From the NCBI GenBank assembly GCA_963702425.1, contig CAVPCQ010000003.1:54685-118684 (forward strand): 64,000 bases of DNA. The letters are read 5' to 3'. Position 1 is the stretch's first letter. The number at the start of each line of letters is the position of its first letter. A program made the translations under genes and the position numbers. Below, piece by piece: positions 60,001 through 64,000 of this stretch. The DNA comes from an uncultured Acidobacteriota bacterium. Lineage in GTDB: Bacteria > Acidobacteriota > Polarisedimenticolia > J045. The notes below the pieces were generated by a model, which saw only the letters and a program-made list of their open reading frames with translations, had not been told where the DNA came from and searched no databases.

Positions 60001-63000
60001 CGCAGGCGTCCCACCCGCCGCAGGGATCGCCCCCGCAGTCGTCACTGCATGCCAGTTCGTGGGACGGGGTGGAGGGGCACGAGGGGTCGAGCAGCGAGAT
60101 GACCGTGTCGAAGCGGGACCCGCAGGCCGAAACGCTCAATTCGCCGTCGCACGTCGCGGTGTAGCGGTACCACACGTCGGGAGCGTCGCTCGAGCGCGCG
60201 CAGTTCGCGTCCCCGCCCGCGGAGGCGCCGTACGTGGTGCTGGAGAGGACGCCGTCGGAGATCTCCTCGGCGTCCTGGCAGGTGTCGTTGCCAGGACGCA
60301 GCTCCCAGATCCCGCGGCCGTAGGTCGCGGCCCGCATCACGCCTCCCAGCCCGCCCACGGGGGTCAGAACCAGGTCCGTCACCCGCGTGCGGGGCAGACC
60401 GAAGTCGAAGGGCGACCAGCTCGTGCCGCCGTCCGTGCTCCGGTAGATCCCGGTGTCCGACCCGATGAAGAGCGTCTGGTGGTAGGTGGAATCGACCAGG
60501 ATCGCGTTCACCGGGGCATCCGGCAGGTTCGGCTGGTGCGTGACCGGGTCGCGGCTCAGGTCGGTCCAAACCCCCTGGCTGTCGACGCGGAAGACGTGGC
60601 CGGTCCCGAAGCCGGCGACGGTGACGTAGACGGCGAGCGGATCGCCCGGATCGACCGCGAGGTCGGTCACCGGCCGACTGGGCCGCCCGGCGCCGTCGAG
60701 AGCGGACCAGCTCGCCCCCTCGTCGCTCGTTCGCCAGACCCTTCCCGCCTTCGTCCCGGCGTAGTAGACGGAGTCCGTCGAGGGGGAGAAGGTCAGCGCC
60801 TCGATCGAGGCCCCGAGATCCGGGCTATTCCTCTGCCACGACGCAGCCGCGTCGTCGGTCCGGTAGACTCGAAAGTGCAGGGTCCCGTTGCCGTCCCGCT
60901 CGCCGCCCGAGGCGATCAGCAGCTTGTGATCGAACGGAGACATCACGAGGGGCGCGATCCAGGGCGACCCGTCCCGCTCGAGACCGTTGCCGTGCGCCGG
61001 GTAGAGGTCCCTGTCGTTGGTGGTCTTCGCGATGTACAGGCCGGGCGCGGTGACGTACCAGGTGCTTGCTTCCGCGATGGCGGCGTACCCCCCATCGCCT
61101 CCCAGCGGCAGGGTCCAGGCCCCTGCTCGCAGCTTGACGGCCCCGTTGTCCTGCGCGCCGGCCAGCAGGAAGCCGGGATTCGCCGCGTCCTGCGACATCC
61201 CGCGCTCGAACTGGGTGAGCGAGAGGTCGGTGTTCAGGTTGGAGAAGGTCGTCCCTCCGTCGAAGGTCGCGGCCATTCCGCCGTCCGTGGCCCAGTAGAC
61301 GCGCCGGGGGTTGCCGGGCGCGAAGGCGATCGCCTGGACGTCGGCGTGGATCCAGCCCGGGCCCTTCGGCTGGTCGAGCCCGATCCAGTTCCGACCGCCG
61401 TCCGCGCTGCGGAAGCCGCGCACCAGCCCCAGGTAGAGCTTCCCCGGATCGATCGGATCGACGGCGATGGCCTGGTCGTAGCTGCACTGGCACTGCAGGT
61501 CGGCCCCGATCACCGACAGCTGGTAGCCGCCCTGGGTGCCGCCGGCCCCCTCGACCTGGACGTAGTACGTCCCGGGCGGGATCGAGCTCCACATGCCGAT
61601 GTTGATGCGCTCGTCCTTGGACCCGTGCAGCCCCTCGTTCGCCACGACCGTCCAGGTCCCGACCTTGAGCGGTTGTCCGGAGCTGTCGAGCATCCGCAGC
61701 ACGGGATCGAGACCGCTCCCGTTCCGCGCCGCGGAAACCTCGGCCCCGAAAACGTTCCCGGCGATCGCGACCCGGTAGAGGTCGATGTCGGTCGCGCCGA
61801 GGATGGCTGCCTGAACGACCTGACCCGTCTCCAGCGGGTTGGCCCCGGCGACGGTGTTGTTGGGCTCGGACTCGACCAGGTCGAGGGGCGCGCTCTGCCC
61901 GTCGGCGAAGTGGCGCGGATGGCCCGTCAGGCGCGTCCAGTGCCGTCCATCGTCGGCGCTCTTCCAGACCCCTTTCAGGTTCTCGCCGACGTAGGTGTCC
62001 TGGACCGAGGCGAAGAGCAGGGTCGCGTTCGACTGGGGATCGACGACTGCGGCCAGCACGATCCGGTTCAGGAAGTTCGTCGGAAACTCGCCGTTCTGGT
62101 CCACCAGCAGAGACCACGAGCCGGCGGCCCCGCCCTGGCTCGACTTGTACACGCCGACGCCGGACCGCGCGGCGTACACGGCGGCAGAGTCCTGGGGATC
62201 GAGGACCAGGTCCGAGAAGTAGCCATCGAGCACCCGGGTCCAGCTCTGGCCGCCGTCGGGCGACCTCCATACGCCGGACGAGGCCGCCGCGAGCACGACG
62301 CGCTGGGTGGCCGGATTGGGCTTCGCCCCCGGCACGAGCGCCAGCTTGTGAATGCGGGCTCCTCCCGGAGTCGCGGCGAACTCCGCGGCCCCGTACTGCG
62401 TCCAGGTCGTCCCCCCGTCGAGCGATTTCAGGACGCCCGCTCCTGCAAGTACCTCTCCCGTGCCGGCGTACACGATGTTGTGATCCTGCGGGTCGATGGC
62501 GAGGCAGAAGATCGACGCCGACGCCTCGAAGTCGGTGAGCGGCGTCCAGTGCGCGCCGCCGTCGATGGTCTTCCAGACCCCCCCACTCGCCGCGCCGATG
62601 TAGACGGTGTTGCCGGTCGTGTCCGTCCAGTCGACGGCGATGGCCCGCACGCGGCCGCTCGAGTTCTTCGCCCCTTGATCCACCACGATCGGGGCCGGTC
62701 CGATGCCGTACCAGCGGTTGCCCTGGACCGTCTGCTGTTCGGCACGCGGCGCGCCCTTGCCAAGGGGTGCCAGGAGCTCGTCTCGGAACTCCCAGGCGCG
62801 CCTCAAGGCGCCGGCTGGAACTTGCCCCGTATCGTCCAGGTGCCGCGCGGCATCGATCGCTTCCCGCAGCCTGTACGTTCCCAGCACCTCGCCCTCGGCC
62901 TCCCCCGCCTGTTCGGCGGCGGTCTCGCCGAGCGTTCCCGCTGTCGCGCCTTCTTCCTTTCCCGGCTCCTCCGGGGCGAGCGGCGCGGCGACGGCCGCGA

Positions 63001-63103
63001 GGAACTCGAGGTCCGAGGCCACGAGGATCGCAGCCACGAGGAGCGGGACCGTGCACCACACCCGCCCCCTGGACGCCTTCGGGCACGATCGCATCCGGAG
63101 CAT
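57038..63103 (-). CDS. giant secreted Cys-rich multidomain protein (BNR/Asp-box propeller, PPC domain, NDxC repeats, Ig-like, TSP3-like Ca repeats)
   Basis: Signal-like N-terminus; many SxDGGxxW motifs; ESEPNN..DIDLY; four NDxCxxA repeats; DxDGDG repeats; ends FFYLVRAENACGSGSLG..CP. Confidence 0.85.
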   Translation of the reverse strand: MLRMRSCPKASRGRVWCTVPLLVAAILVASDLEFLAAVAAPLAPEEPGKEEGATAGTLGETAAEQAGEAEGEVLGTYRLREAIDAARHLDDTGQVPAGALRRAWEFRDELLAPLGKGAPRAEQQTVQGNRWYGIGPAPIVVDQGAKNSSGRVRAIAVDWTDTTGNTVYIGAASGGVWKTIDGGAHWTPLTDFEASASIFCLAIDPQDHNIVYAGTGEVLAGAGVLKSLDGGTTWTQYGAAEFAATPGGARIHKLALVPGAKPNPATQRVVLAAASSGVWRSPDGGQSWTRVLDGYFSDLVLDPQDSAAVYAARSGVGVYKSSQGGAAGSWSLLVDQNGEFPTNFLNRIVLAAVVDPQSNATLLFASVQDTYVGENLKGVWKSADDGRHWTRLTGHPRHFADGQSAPLDLVESEPNNTVAGANPLETGQVVQAAILGATDIDLYRVAIAGNVFGAEVSAARNGSGLDPVLRMLDSSGQPLKVGTWTVVANEGLHGSKDERINIGMWSSIPPGTYYVQVEGAGGTQGGYQLSVIGADLQCQCSYDQAIAVDPIDPGKLYLGLVRGFRSADGGRNWIGLDQPKGPGWIHADVQAIAFAPGNPRRVYWATDGGMAATFDGGTTFSNLNTDLSLTQFERGMSQDAANPGFLLAGAQDNGAVKLRAGAWTLPLGGDGGYAAIAEASTWYVTAPGLYIAKTTNDRDLYPAHGNGLERDGSPWIAPLVMSPFDHKLLIASGGERDGNGTLHFRVYRTDDAAASWQRNSPDLGASIEALTFSPSTDSVYYAGTKAGRVWRTSDEGASWSALDGAGRPSRPVTDLAVDPGDPLAVYVTVAGFGTGHVFRVDSQGVWTDLSRDPVTHQPNLPDAPVNAILVDSTYHQTLFIGSDTGIYRSTDGGTSWSPFDFGLPRTRVTDLVLTPVGGLGGVMRAATYGRGIWELRPGNDTCQDAEEISDGVLSSTTYGASAGGDANCARSSDAPDVWYRYTATCDGELSVSACGSRFDTVISLLDPSCPSTPSHELACSDDCGGDPCGGWDACVSHPVQTGQTFLIRVAGFEDASGSFTLRVACEVPNDRCEQATPLTVPSTTAGSTRGATLDLAPGCAGVEDTAPGVWFTVVGTGNLVTASLCDASTDYDSQLSVYCAGCGGRACVAADDDACRPASEVTWCSAPGRIYHVMVHGYGSATGRFRLALQDGGYCGPFFPTCAPGNDRCASALPVGSAGVQGDNTGADTETAATCAGSAADVWFQYTPVCQGFVTIDTCIATGTLNDSVLSVQDGCGGKELACNDDGGGSCGVRSKVQLAVTADKPLELRVAGYGGAVGTFPLSIDLAKAPQIVAPPGLYIGRGWGAYFNHLLRVDSTFFGLTDVGPFGRPGLAALAYAPNLGMMYGVSDTIDLDELVTIDLATGAATAFTTTPYSALDALAFDPATNTLYGVDLSSSSLVTVNPYSGAVRVVGAVGFSGVEALAFDPGTNTLYGADNATHQLIVLNSATGAGSAVGPFGGAYDHITGLTFDTLKARMYGMQNNADYSGTLVRIDPATGSVLEAVASYADLLPTDLAFVPGLPEATANRPYSASIPVGGGCPGYGFDSYADVPPGLQADGAGRVSGSPTQAGDHVVTFEVWDTDLGDPPLAQAIPLRVLEENDACADALTAFDGGTWLSTSMATTDGPDEPALCSGSGDSQVGTDAWFCYTPSCSGQLTVDLCSVSYDSKVAVYPGCACPTGPSAIACNDDACGTGSRLTVPVTAGSGILIRVGGYRGYRGTGSMQLSCQGEAGGGCCTGSTCQLLSAADCSARAGTWLGAGTSCSPDSDGDRLPDPCDECATDPNKTTPGSCGCGAPELDMDGDGQPDCVDPDIDGDSVLNASDRSPLDAAACSDVDLDGCDDCTSGRFHPTGDGPDGDRDGRCATRDCNEADPTLWWAPGETGTVVLLRDRETVAWDVPADPGAWTSVLRYDTLRAATPWDFPGAACVETDGSDTRTVDTAPPAPATAFFYLVRAENACGSGSLGSRSDGAPRAGRSCP

Positions 63104-63689
63104 GACGCCTCCAGGAGCCGGCAGAACATTTCCGATCCCGCGCCCGAGAAGTTGACGTGGAGGTCGCGGCGCGGTGCAACTCGCGTCGGACGGTGCGCGA
63201 CGGCGCACCTCCTGCCCTCGCTGGGATCGAGCCGGCACGCTCACGCAGTCGCCCCCCGGAGCCAACGCCAGAGTACTCCTGCTCCCAGCCCCGTCCCAGC
63301 GGCGTCACGCGACTCGTTACCGATGGGGACCGATGCGCGTGCCGGCTTGCGCTGGGCGCATCCGCTTACCGCAAGTCGCACTCGGTGATCAGAGCGGACC
63401 ACGGCACGCCGGGGCCCCGCACCTGTTCGCGGGTTGAGCGGGCGGCGCAGCCGGACGTTGCCGGCGCGGGAAGGACTCGCGCGGAGCGGCGGGCGACGGC
63501 ATGGGCGGCTTCGCGGCCGCGGTCCGGCGCTCGCCGTCCCCGGCCCGGCGGCGTGCTGCGTCGCGTGGGGGGCGGAGAGGGAAGCGCGATGAACGGCTTG
63601 AAGCAGCCTCGGTTCCTGTGGTAGCTACCATCCTTCGGTCGGGCAGTTCCGCCCGGCGAAAGAGTAGGGAGGGTCCGGAAGAGGAAGAC

Positions 63690-63920
63690 GAGTGTCGCCT
63701 GCTGATCGGGTTCGTGCTGGTACTGGCGCTCGCGCTGGCGATCGGGACGGCCCTGGCCGCCAGGAAGCCGCCCAGCGGCGGCGGGAAGGCCTCCCCGGAC
63801 GTGCGGGACCCAGTGACCTGCGCCGACGGCGTGACCTATTCCAACCAGTGCTACGCCGACGTGGCCAAGGCGCCGAAGCCCTGCTACCCGTCCGACGGCG
63901 GCCCGGTTCCGACGGAGTGA
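63690..63920 (+). CDS. small secreted Kazal-like protein (start uncertain)
   Basis: Signal peptide LLIGFVLVLALALAIGTALA; DPVTCADGVTYSNQCYA..C. Confidence 0.6.
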   Translation, partial: ECRLLIGFVLVLALALAIGTALAARKPPSGGGKASPDVRDPVTCADGVTYSNQCYADVAKAPKPCYPSDGGPVPTE

Positions 63921-64000
63921 CGGGCTCACCCCGGTCTTGATCATCTGATTGCGTTCGCCGCGACCCGTCTCCCTCCCGGGGCCGGGGCGCGTCTCATCGC

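Noticed and set aside
57431-63388. 1985-aa plus-strand ORF, and similar long antisense ORFs (52933-57306, 44598-47321, 6755-9157, 28783-31518)
   Set aside because: Shadow ORFs opposite well-supported genes; stop codons are scarce at this GC content and no motifs are present

Overview
Very GC-rich bacterial chromosomal window. Gene content suggests Acidobacteriota or a related lineage, but that is inference. Housekeeping backbone: tRNA-Arg(ACG), tadA, tRNA-Ser(GGA), SRP RNA, dnaX-ybaB-recR-mglB-mglA, rplU-rpmA-obgE-nadD-rsfS-rlmH, lapB-like/comF, an isocitrate dehydrogenase-family gene, cnoX, a metF-like gene and metH. The most interesting accessory parts are: (1) an orphan PqqD/RRE gene plus a 66-aa lasso-like RiPP precursor, divergent from a probable polysaccharide-export gene; (2) a tightly coupled operon of divergent transketolase, lipid kinase, MFS, ACP, long class II aldolase and acyl-AMP ligase, which looks like an uncharacterised lipid or metabolite pathway; (3) a probably leaderless CxxC/RGPP arrest-type uORF heading a Zn-type porin plus ABC uptake operon; (4) a large HNH protein running antisense into the tRNA-Arg; (5) an MNT-HEPN cassette flanked by a perfect 18-bp direct repeat; (6) a Tat-exported DUF362 protein paired with a pentaheme cytochrome; (7) a ~2000-aa Cys-rich secreted protein. 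Many genes carry single-base frameshifts that may be long-read assembly errors. All family assignments come from motif recognition, not database searches.
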